Source: Longimicrobiales bacterium
GTDB taxonomy: Bacteria > Gemmatimonadota > Gemmatimonadetes > Longimicrobiales > Gaopeijiaceae
Assembly (NCBI GenBank): GCA_965202805.1
Contig: OZ241869.1
Location: 2,496,001 to 2,560,000 of the forward strand
Length of the DNA stretch: 64,000 bases
Reading direction: 5' to 3'
In this document: positions 18,615 through 26,627 of the stretch, one piece after another
How positions within the stretch are numbered: the stretch's first letter is position 1
Layout: each line of letters starts with the position of its first letter
Made by a program: the position numbers and the translations under genes
Notes under the pieces: model-generated
Told to the model about the DNA's origin: nothing
The model's database searches: none
What the model saw: the letters and a program-made list of their open reading frames with translations, nothing else

Positions 18615-20420
18615 CTATCCCTCGCTGGGTGCCGGCTGAAGTTCGCTCTGCATCCCGCCGGCGGCCGAAGCCTGCCCCACCGACGAGATCACGGGTTTCT
18701 CGGCCAGCGAGCCGAGCCAGAAGATGAAGGCCACCAGTCCGAAGAAGATGAGCACGCACGCGGAGATGACCACCGACGAATAGCCGAGCGCGGGGGTGGC
18801 CGCCCACGGGCTGGTGTCGCGAATCACCTCGAACACATGCCAGTGCTGGCGGATGCCGCTGCGGGCGAAGCCCATGAGGCCCATCAGCCAGGTGAAGGTC
18901 ACCGCCAGGATGAAGAGCGCGTACTGGGAGCGGTCCGGCATGCGGCCCCACTGGATCTCGCCTCTGGAGCTGGCGCCGCGCAGCATCAGCAGATCGATGG
19001 TGATCACGCCGATGATGCAGGCGAGCACGGTAAGCACCTGGTAGACCGAGAAGCTGATGCGCACGAGAGTCGGTACCATGTAGCCGTAGATCCCGTAGAA
19101 CAGCACGATCGCCGAGGCCACCACGAAGATCGCGCCCTGCACGATCGTGCCCGTGCGCGCCCACGACACCACCGGTTCCTTGTTGGCGCGCCGGTAGAGC
19201 AGGAACGACAGGAAGGTGGTCAGGATCATGAAGTTGACCGCCGTGTTCTTGCCGCTCATCAGCCCGAGGACGCTGAGGAAGGGGTGGTGCGTGCCGCCCA
19301 TCGCCGCGAACTCCTCGCGGCTGGCGATCATGGTGTTGGGGGTCGCCCACACGATCACGCCCACGATGAGCACCGCCAGCATGTACTTCGTGTAGGGCAT
19401 GAAGCGCTCTGCCCCGGGTATTCGCCCCATCCCCATCCAGAGGTAGTAGTTGCCGGCCAGGAAGAGCACCCCGATGAGGAAGGCCTGAATGATCCACAGC
19501 CAACTCATGAAGCCGCCCATCATGGTGATGCCCATCTGCTGGTTGAACTCGTAGATCTCCCGGCCCAGCCAGTAGCCGGCGAAGGGCAGGATGATGAGCG
19601 CGCCGATGGCGATCATGTTGCCCACGTAGCCCATCCAGTCGTAGTGGGCGCGCTCCTCGTCGCTCTTCGCCGCCAGGAAGCGGTACGCGGCATAGGCGCC
19701 GACCACCGCCCCCCCGAACACCACGTTGGCGATCAGCCGGTGGATGTTGATCGGCATCCAGGTCGCGTTGGTGAGCGCCGACCACAGCTGCACCATCTGG
19801 GGAGCCGTGTCGACGGTGACCTCGGCCGGCGGGCTCATCATGTAGGTCAGCCAGCCGTTGGCGATGAACATGACGATCGTGCCCCACACGTTCAGCGCGA
19901 TGCCCAGCCCCCAGTGGAACCACTTGGCGCGCCCCTTCTTCCACCGGTCCCAGCCGTAGTAGTACAGGTACAGCGTGAAGGACTCGAAGAAGAAGAGCCC
20001 CACGTAGACCCACATCGACAGGTTGAAGATCTGGGCGAGATAGCCGAACAGGGTGGGATAGATGGTGATCAGCAGGAAGAGCAGGATGCCGCCCCAGATG
20101 GCGGTGGCGGAGTAGGCGACCAGAAGGAGCCGGGTGAACTCCTTGGACAGCTTGTCGTAGCGCTCGTCGCCCCCGAACATGCCGATGGCCTCGGTGACCA
20201 CCGCGAACATGGGCACGCCCAGAACGAAGGCCGCGAAGAGCAGGTGCACCTGGGCGGCGATCCACACCGCGGCCCGTCCGCCGATTACGGGGAAGTCGCC
20301 GTAGTCGCGACCGGCGGGCACCTGGGCGAACGCAGGCTCGGCCATCACCAGGAGGGCGAGCACGCCCAGCAGCAGGAGCGGTCCGACGCCCACGCGCCAG
20401 GTCATTCCGGGTTTCGCCAC
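18615..20420 (-). CDS. Cytochrome bd subunit I-like (CydA-like) oxidoreductase lacking the Q-loop
   Basis: Helix-I His (QVHLLF), FFFES, ANGWL..P, NIHR, GxRQxW-like (GIRQHW); GTG start with GGAGAG RBS inferred. Confidence 0.75.
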   Translation of the reverse strand: MAKPGMTWRVGVGPLLLLGVLALLVMAEPAFAQVPAGRDYGDFPVIGGRAAVWIAAQVHLLFAAFVLGVPMFAVVTEAIGMFGGDERYDKLSKEFTRLLLVAYSATAIWGGILLFLLITIYPTLFGYLAQIFNLSMWVYVGLFFFESFTLYLYYYGWDRWKKGRAKWFHWGLGIALNVWGTIVMFIANGWLTYMMSPPAEVTVDTAPQMVQLWSALTNATWMPINIHRLIANVVFGGAVVGAYAAYRFLAAKSDEERAHYDWMGYVGNMIAIGALIILPFAGYWLGREIYEFNQQMGITMMGGFMSWLWIIQAFLIGVLFLAGNYYLWMGMGRIPGAERFMPYTKYMLAVLIVGVIVWATPNTMIASREEFAAMGGTHHPFLSVLGLMSGKNTAVNFMILTTFLSFLLYRRANKEPVVSWARTGTIVQGAIFVVASAIVLFYGIYGYMVPTLVRISFSVYQVLTVLACIIGVITIDLLMLRGASSRGEIQWGRMPDRSQYALFILAVTFTWLMGLMGFARSGIRQHWHVFEVIRDTSPWAATPALGYSSVVISACVLIFFGLVAFIFWLGSLAEKPVISSVGQASAAGGMQSELQPAPSEG

Positions 20421-20439
20421 GTTTCTCTCCGAGGTTGTG

Positions 20440-21888
20440 TCAACTCCGGGGAACATCGTCATCCCCCGGAATTCCGTCGCGCGATACGGCCGCGGACATC
20501 TGTTTGCGTAGGAAGAAAGGGAGTCGCCTGGAGAAATCAACCGGCATGCCGCGGCGCACCTCCGCCATCACCTCGGCGGTCACGGCGGCGTACCCCTGCT
20601 TGCGAGCGAACGACTCCACGCGGTCGGACACCACGCCGCGCACGAAGCTGGGCACGACGGACAGGCGCGCGCGCGCCTCTTCGGTCCAGGGGAGGCCGGG
20701 GGCGGTGTCGTCGCCGTACACGACCTCGCGCCGCGGCTCGATCACGGCCCGGTCGCCGGCCGGATCGTAGGCGCAGGAGTCGTCGGGTCCGAGCAGGTCG
20801 CCGGTCAGGGCGTGGGCGCGCGCGCGACAGCCCCCGCACACCGCGCGGTACTCGCAGCGCCCGCACCGCCCCCCCAGCTCCCCGCCGCGCAGGCGGGCGA
20901 AGACCGGGGATGACTCCCACACCTGGCGGAAGGGGGTGGTGGTGAGGTCGCCTGCCACCACCGGCGTGTAGGGACAGGGAGTGACCTTGCCTTCCGGGGT
21001 GATGCGGCAGTAGTGGACGCCGCACGGACAGCGCGTGCCGTAGTTCAGGAGCGGCGACTCCTCCCCGCCCTCGATCACGTGGCGCATGATCTGCGGCTGG
21101 CACTTGGAGCGGACCATCATGCGGCCCCGGTACTCGCGCTCGAGCTCCACGAGCTCGGCCAGCACGGCCTCGTTCTCCTCCGGGGAGAGGCCCTGCATGC
21201 GCTCCCCCCGCCCGGTGGGAACCAGAAAGTACAGGTTGAACGAAACCGCGCCCCGGCTCTCCGCCCAGCTCGCGATATCGGCCACCTCCGCCCGGTTGCC
21301 CCGGGTTACGCTGGTCTGGACGATGAAGTCCAGGCGGTGCGCCGCGAGCCGGTCCACCGCGTCCAGCGTGTCGGAGAGCGCCCCGGACCCGTGGCGAAAG
21401 CGGTCGTGGTAGGTGTCGACGAGCGAGTCCACGCTCACCGCGACCCCCTTTACCCCCGCCTCCATGAGCGACTCGATTCGCCGGTCGGTGAGGCGGGTGC
21501 CGTTGGTGCCCACCACCACGGTGGCCCCGCCGGCGCTCGCCCGGGCCGCGATCTCCTCCAGGTCGTCGCGCAGAAGCGGTTCCCCGCCCGAGAGGATGAG
21601 CACCGGATTCGGGTTGACCTCCAGAATCTGGTCGAGCACGCGATGACACTCCGCGGTGGAGAGCTCGGTCTCGGCCAGGTGCCACGACCCCGCGGAGATG
21701 TAGCAGTGCGCGCACTCCAGATTACAGCGCCGGGTGAGGTTCCACGCGATGATGTGAGGGAGCCCGGGCGCCGCCCCCGAATCCGCCGACACGCCTTCCG
21801 CGACCCAGCGGAGGGAGGGGGTGGTCGAGGGTTCGGAGAAGCCGTCCCGCCCCAGGGTGGGGAGAACGGCGGTGGACGGATCGGCCAT
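20440..21888 (-). CDS. Radical SAM/SPASM protein (NirJ/AhbC/AhbD-like) with C-terminal PCP_red domain
   Basis: CNLECAHC, GGEPL, PTGRG, SPASM C..C...CGGCRARA..D..C; C-terminal WTEEA..RL..VP.FVR. Confidence 0.85.
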   Translation of the reverse strand: MADPSTAVLPTLGRDGFSEPSTTPSLRWVAEGVSADSGAAPGLPHIIAWNLTRRCNLECAHCYISAGSWHLAETELSTAECHRVLDQILEVNPNPVLILSGGEPLLRDDLEEIAARASAGGATVVVGTNGTRLTDRRIESLMEAGVKGVAVSVDSLVDTYHDRFRHGSGALSDTLDAVDRLAAHRLDFIVQTSVTRGNRAEVADIASWAESRGAVSFNLYFLVPTGRGERMQGLSPEENEAVLAELVELEREYRGRMMVRSKCQPQIMRHVIEGGEESPLLNYGTRCPCGVHYCRITPEGKVTPCPYTPVVAGDLTTTPFRQVWESSPVFARLRGGELGGRCGRCEYRAVCGGCRARAHALTGDLLGPDDSCAYDPAGDRAVIEPRREVVYGDDTAPGLPWTEEARARLSVVPSFVRGVVSDRVESFARKQGYAAVTAEVMAEVRRGMPVDFSRRLPFFLRKQMSAAVSRDGIPGDDDVPRS

Positions 21889-24008
21889 CAGGCCTCTTCC
21901 CGGCGCATGAACTGCTCGACGGCGGCCTTCGCGTCGGCGGGGCTGACGGTCTTGAAGTCGACGGGGCAGTCGTCGGCCTGCTCGGCCACGTCGCGGATCG
22001 GGCAGCGGGTCACGCCCGACTCCCTGGCCTCCTCGATGAACTTGCGCATCTCCGGGGTCAGTCCGTCGACACCCTCGGCGGCGGCCTTGAGCTGCTTGGT
22101 CTGCAGCTCCCGGAACATCACCAGCATGGTGTCGGTGTCGAAGGTGTCCGCCTCCATCATGGCCTGCTTGTTCTCGTCCATGACCCGCGTGGTGATGCGC
22201 CAGAAATCGTGGTCGCGGGCGAAGCGCTCCACCGTGTTGCGGGCCAGGGGGCGGGCGATGAGCGGCACCGCGCCCAGGCGGTCGAAGGCCTCCTCCGTCC
22301 ACACCACCGGGTCGGCCGCCGTGCGCACCCGCTCATGCACGTGCCCGGTGTAGGGGCACTTCGTTTCGATGGTCGGGTTGGCGGGCACGGGATCGGCGTC
22401 GTTGCCCTCCACCACTGTGCGCTTCATGGCCTCTCCCGCCTTCACCTCGGCGAGGGCGAGCTCCTCGGCCGTGCCGATCCCCATGATGAGCTGCATGTGG
22501 GTGGGCAGCAGCTTGGCGATCGCCTCGTCCAGCCACTCGCTGGTCACCATGGGCAGGGTGCCGCCGGTGTCCCGCCCGGGCTCCAGAAGCGGCGGTTCGG
22601 CTCCACCGGATCCGTTCGCGCGCGCGGCCGAGGCGCCATTTGCGCGAGCCCCGTTGGCGCCGCCGGATCCGTTGGCGGAGGGCTCGGGCGCCTCCTCCCG
22701 CGGGCGCCAGTTCTCCAGCACGTATTCCTCCACCGCCTTGCGGGCGATGCCGAGCGCGAAGGGCGGGACGCGCAGGATGCGGACCTCCGCCTCCGGAGCC
22801 CACTCGAGCCCCATCTCGCCGTCTTCCTCGATCCAGGGAATCTCCTCGGGACGAACGTCGGTGGTGCCGATGAGGAGGATGTTCGCGTCCGACTGCCTGA
22901 GCAGATTGTGCGCCTGGGATCCCAGGTCCGTGCCTTCGATGCGGTGCGCTCCGTGGCGCGCGAGGATGAGCAGGCCGGGGTCGACTTCCTCGGCCCACTG
23001 CAGGATGACCTGGAAGGGCTTGCCGATGAGCACCTGGGTCTCCACTTCGACCTCCGGATACTCCTCCGCCATGATGCGCGCCCGCTTCACGTTCGCCTGC
23101 GCGAGCTTCAGCAGGCCCTTGTCGATGATGTTGTTGTGAAGCTCTTCCTGCTCCTCGAACTTGAAGATCTTCGAAGCCTGCACCGAGAGCACGTCCTTGA
23201 TGTTGCCGAAGACCGCGTGATGGTACTCGACATCGAAGGATGAGCCCACATAGAGCTTCGCCCCGTACTCCGACGCCATCTCCAGGGCGAGGCGCATGGC
23301 CTTGTAGCTGTACGCGGAGCCGTCCACGCACACCATGAAGCTGCCCCCGGCGAGCGGCCGCTCGTTCCGCACCACGAAGGCGTCCTTGTCCACCTTCTGC
23401 AGCACGCGCGCCACTACGCCGCCGAGCTGGGAGAAGGGCTGATGGCCGATGCCGTGCGCCCCGATCACCATCAGGTCGTAGTCGCGGCCGCTCGATCCGG
23501 CCAGCTTCTCGTCGTGATCCTCGTCCTCGGCGACGATGCGCCCGTCTTCGCCGAGGCGGACGTCGCTGCGCACCTTGTCGCCCCCGTCGTAGCTCGAGGC
23601 GATGTTCGGATCGAAGCCGATGAGGCTCGGCAGGTGGCCCTCACCCGAGTTCACCTCGCTCACGATCTCCTCGTAGTTGATGCCTTCCAGCAGCTGGCGC
23701 GTCAGCGGCACGCCGGCATCCCGGCAGCGGCGGTCGACCTGGTCGAGGAAGGAATCGGAGATGAGCTGCAGCCCCTTCTCGATCAGCTTGTCGTGGATCT
23801 TGCGCTGGCGCTTGATCTCGGCCTCGGTCTGAAACTGGGCGGGAAGCCCGGTCTCGAGCTGGCGGAAGCGGATGTCGTGCAGGCGCGCGGCGTAGACGTG
23901 GTTGCCGGTAACGTTTCCGTCGGAGCGCGAAGCGAGTTCGATGGCGCGATCCACCGCCCAGTCCGACCAGGGCGAGTTGTCCACCGGAACGAAGATCTCA
24001 CGATACAT
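21888..24008 (-). CDS. Tandem universal stress protein domains fused to two PCP_red-like domains
   Basis: IFVPVDNS..S and MVCVDGS..S USP starts; GAHG..LG and RHG..LGS; W..EA..R...VP motif twice. Confidence 0.75.
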   Translation of the reverse strand: MYREIFVPVDNSPWSDWAVDRAIELASRSDGNVTGNHVYAARLHDIRFRQLETGLPAQFQTEAEIKRQRKIHDKLIEKGLQLISDSFLDQVDRRCRDAGVPLTRQLLEGINYEEIVSEVNSGEGHLPSLIGFDPNIASSYDGGDKVRSDVRLGEDGRIVAEDEDHDEKLAGSSGRDYDLMVIGAHGIGHQPFSQLGGVVARVLQKVDKDAFVVRNERPLAGGSFMVCVDGSAYSYKAMRLALEMASEYGAKLYVGSSFDVEYHHAVFGNIKDVLSVQASKIFKFEEQEELHNNIIDKGLLKLAQANVKRARIMAEEYPEVEVETQVLIGKPFQVILQWAEEVDPGLLILARHGAHRIEGTDLGSQAHNLLRQSDANILLIGTTDVRPEEIPWIEEDGEMGLEWAPEAEVRILRVPPFALGIARKAVEEYVLENWRPREEAPEPSANGSGGANGARANGASAARANGSGGAEPPLLEPGRDTGGTLPMVTSEWLDEAIAKLLPTHMQLIMGIGTAEELALAEVKAGEAMKRTVVEGNDADPVPANPTIETKCPYTGHVHERVRTAADPVVWTEEAFDRLGAVPLIARPLARNTVERFARDHDFWRITTRVMDENKQAMMEADTFDTDTMLVMFRELQTKQLKAAAEGVDGLTPEMRKFIEEARESGVTRCPIRDVAEQADDCPVDFKTVSPADAKAAVEQFMRREEA

Positions 24009-24249
24009 GGCTGCCTCGATTGGGGGTGCTCGAGGGATCTGGCGCGTGTGGTTCAGCCATGCAACTCGCGAGCGGCGGACGCATGTCCGCCAAGGCAGGA
24101 AGAGAGCAGGAGGCAGTCCACTTGGTTCGGCAAGTCAGGCAGGGCCAAGTCCCCGAAGGCGGTCGCCGAAAGGTCGGCGTACATAACATAAGCGGGCACC
24201 CGGGCCCGCTCGTCAGATCTCATGTGTCGGCCCCTGCGGAGCCGGGCAA

Positions 24250-24279
24250 ATTATACCGGAAATCGCCAATCGATGTCAA
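24250..24279 (-). promoter_or_regulatory. Perfect-consensus sigma70-type promoter TTGACA-N18-TATAAT upstream of the USP/radical SAM/CydA-like/oxidase genes
   Basis: Minus strand reads TTGACA tcgattggcgatttccgg TATAAT. Confidence 0.75.
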
Positions 24280-24350
24280 ACGCCGCGGAGGGGCGCGGAG
24301 GCGCCCGCGCAAAGGCTCGGATCCACTCCGGGAAACCGCCCCGCCTCGAG

Positions 24351-24752
24351 TCAGAGATCCCATCCGGCGCGCGCCAGCATCCACAGGTTGATGACGATGA
24401 CGACGATGGCCGTGAGGTAGAACCCCGGGGGCAGCGCGGCGTCGGGTCCGGGCAGGAACGCGCCTTCGATCATGCTGGGCAGGCGCAGCGCATGCAGCGC
24501 CCAGATCCCCCGGGCGAGCCAGACGCTCCGCCGGAACCAGAGCCCCCAGAAGACGAGCGCCACGATGGCCGCCCCGAGCAGCAGCCAGAGCACGATGGGC
24601 CCGCGGATGGGGTTGACGAGCCCGTTGCGCCACATGGCGACCACGGCGGCCTCGTAGAGCAGCCCGACGTGCAGGTACCAGAAGGCGGCCTGCCGGAACT
24701 TGCGGGCGCGTGCGCCGGCGTTCTTCGGCGCGGGTCCCTGCTGCTGCCGCAT
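24351..24752 (-). CDS. Small 4-TM hypothetical membrane protein
   Basis: KFRQAAFWYLHVG.LYE...NLWMLARAGWDL; hydrophobic; in operon context. Confidence 0.7.
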   Translation of the reverse strand: MRQQQGPAPKNAGARARKFRQAAFWYLHVGLLYEAAVVAMWRNGLVNPIRGPIVLWLLLGAAIVALVFWGLWFRRSVWLARGIWALHALRLPSMIEGAFLPGPDAALPPGFYLTAIVVIVINLWMLARAGWDL

Positions 24753-24799
24753 CGTGGGAGCGGACACGGAATCGCGGGCGGCGTCCCGGCCTGACCCGG

Positions 24800-25252
24800 T
24801 CACATTTCCTCCAGTCCCAGGTCCGAGCGCGCCGTGTCCATGACCTCCGGGGTCATGCGGTCGATGCCTCGTTGGCGGGCGTAGTCGGTGTAGATGCGCT
24901 TCACCATGCCGCGCACGAAGGACGGCACCCGGCCCAGCCGATCCACCGCGGCCGGGGTCCACTCTACCCGGCCGGGGCGGGCGGGAGCGGGGGGCTCCTC
25001 CTCCACGAAGGCGTCCTGCCGTCCTCCCTCCAGGTTGCCCCGCACCAGTTCCATGGGCTGCTCGGGCACCGTCCGGCCTCCGATTTCGATGCCCATGCTG
25101 CTCACCAGCCGGGTCTCCATGGGGTTGGTGAGCATGGCGATGTCGAGCCCGCACGCCGAGCACTCGAACACCGCCGCCAGGGTGCCGTCCCCGGGCAGCT
25201 GGCGTTCCGCGAAGGCCATGATGTGATCGCACTGGATGCAGAGGAACTTCAT
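24800..25252 (-). CDS. Zn-ribbon (CxxC...CxxC) plus PCP_red domain protein
   Basis: MKFLCIQC...CSAC; C-terminal WTPAA..RL.RVPSFVRGMVK; ATGA overlap with the Mrp gene. Confidence 0.75.
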   Translation of the reverse strand: MKFLCIQCDHIMAFAERQLPGDGTLAAVFECSACGLDIAMLTNPMETRLVSSMGIEIGGRTVPEQPMELVRGNLEGGRQDAFVEEEPPAPARPGRVEWTPAAVDRLGRVPSFVRGMVKRIYTDYARQRGIDRMTPEVMDTARSDLGLEEM

Positions 25253-26157
25253 CGGCCATCCTCCTTCCCCGTCCCCCCGAGGCCGGCAAGCCTCCCCGCC
25301 AGCGCCCGGAAGGCGCGCGCGCTCGGCGAGTCTTCTCCTGCGGCGACGACGGGAGTGCCGCGGTCGGAGGTCTCGCCCAGACGGGGGTCGAAGGGGATCC
25401 TGCCCCAGATCTCCAGACCGGTGGCGCCGGCCAGGCGCGCGACGCCGTCTCCGGGAAAGAGGGGATCCGAGTGGCCGCAACACGGGCAGACGTATTCGGT
25501 CATGTTCGCGACCAGCCCCACCGTCGGGATTCCCTGTTCACGCGCCAGGCGCGCCGCCCGGGCCACCACCCGGCGCGACATCTCGGACGGAGTCGTCACC
25601 AGAAGCAGCGTCGCGAGCCCGGGCAGGAGCTGGAAGACACGCTCCATCTTGTCGGTACCCGGCGGCAGGTCCAACAGAAGGAAGTCGAGCTCGCCCCACG
25701 CCACATCCGACAGAAACTCGCGCACGGCCCCGGTCTCCATCGAACTCTGCCACAGGAAGCCGTCACCGGAGGGCGCACGCCAGCGCAGGGGAGCGTCGGC
25801 GTCGTTCTGCAGCAGCTCCATCGACATCACCCGGACCCCGCACGCGGCCGGCGCCGGAACCACGCCCTCGGCCCCGTCCACCAGCCGTTCCCCGGACGCG
25901 CCCAGCATGCGGGCCAGCGACGGGCCGTTCAGGTCGGCGTCCAGCGCGCCCACCGAACACCCCTCTCCGGCGAGGGCGGCGGCCAGGTTTGCCGTCACCA
26001 GGCTCTTGCCCACTCCGCCCTTGCCGCTTCCGACCGCGACCAGGTTGCGAATCCCCGCCAGCCGGCCGTCGAGCCGCCGCCGCTGGCCCCTGATCTGATC
26101 CACGAGCAGGTCGCCCGTCTGCGACTCCACCTCGTGGTAGGTGCGGATCTTTCTCAT
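25249..26157 (-). CDS. Mrp/NBP35 (ApbC) family Fe-S carrier ATPase
   Basis: GKGGVGKS, DADLNGPS, DLPPGT, VTTP, NM..Y.CPCC. Confidence 0.88.
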   Translation of the reverse strand: MRKIRTYHEVESQTGDLLVDQIRGQRRRLDGRLAGIRNLVAVGSGKGGVGKSLVTANLAAALAGEGCSVGALDADLNGPSLARMLGASGERLVDGAEGVVPAPAACGVRVMSMELLQNDADAPLRWRAPSGDGFLWQSSMETGAVREFLSDVAWGELDFLLLDLPPGTDKMERVFQLLPGLATLLLVTTPSEMSRRVVARAARLAREQGIPTVGLVANMTEYVCPCCGHSDPLFPGDGVARLAGATGLEIWGRIPFDPRLGETSDRGTPVVAAGEDSPSARAFRALAGRLAGLGGTGKEDGR

Positions 26158-26181
26158 GGGTCCCGGGGCCTGCGGAGCCGG

Positions 26182-26427
26182 TCAGGGCAGGAGTTGCGTG
26201 CCGTCGGAATCGAGCACGGAAATCGCGTCCACGGGACACTCGTCGCAGGCATCCAGCAGGGTTTGGCGGTCCACCTCGTCGATGCCCTCCCTGAACACGG
26301 CGATCCCCTCGTCATCCAACTCGAACGCGGCTTCCGCGGCCTCGATGCAGTCACCGAATCCCACGCAGAGGTTGCGGTCGATCCGGATCCGCAGGTCTCC
26401 GACCCGTCGCTCCTGAATGTCGCTCAC
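26182..26427 (-). CDS. Single-cluster ferredoxin (probably 3Fe-4S)
   Basis: CVGFGDC...CPV; second Cys replaced; GTG start inferred. Confidence 0.8.
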   Translation of the reverse strand: MSDIQERRVGDLRIRIDRNLCVGFGDCIEAAEAAFELDDEGIAVFREGIDEVDRQTLLDACDECPVDAISVLDSDGTQLLP

Positions 26428-26527
26428 CGGGATCCCGTTGCTGAGGTGAAGTCCTCGCCGGCGTCGACGTGGACGGGTGAACATCTCCACGCCCGCAAAG
26501 CCGGGCAAGGTTGAAGGCGTGCGGTAT

Positions 26528-26542
26528 CGACAACTATTATCA
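26528..26542. promoter_or_regulatory. Possible Fur-family box between the divergent ferredoxin/Mrp and hemA operons
   Basis: Minus strand TGATAAT-A-GTTGTCG: one perfect half of TGATAATnATTATCA, other half 4/7. Confidence 0.35.
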
Positions 26543-26627
26543 TCTTCTGCCTGCCCGCTTTTCGCGAAAGGCCCGGGACTCGCCCGGGACGGATCGGGCC
26601 GGCACGACGCTTCAATCCAGGGAGACC

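Noticed and set aside
20440..21888. Radical SAM/SPASM as a RiPP maturase (PqqE/MftC type)
   Set aside because: No PqqD/RRE, peptidase or transporter nearby; motifs and heme context fit NirJ/Ahb better
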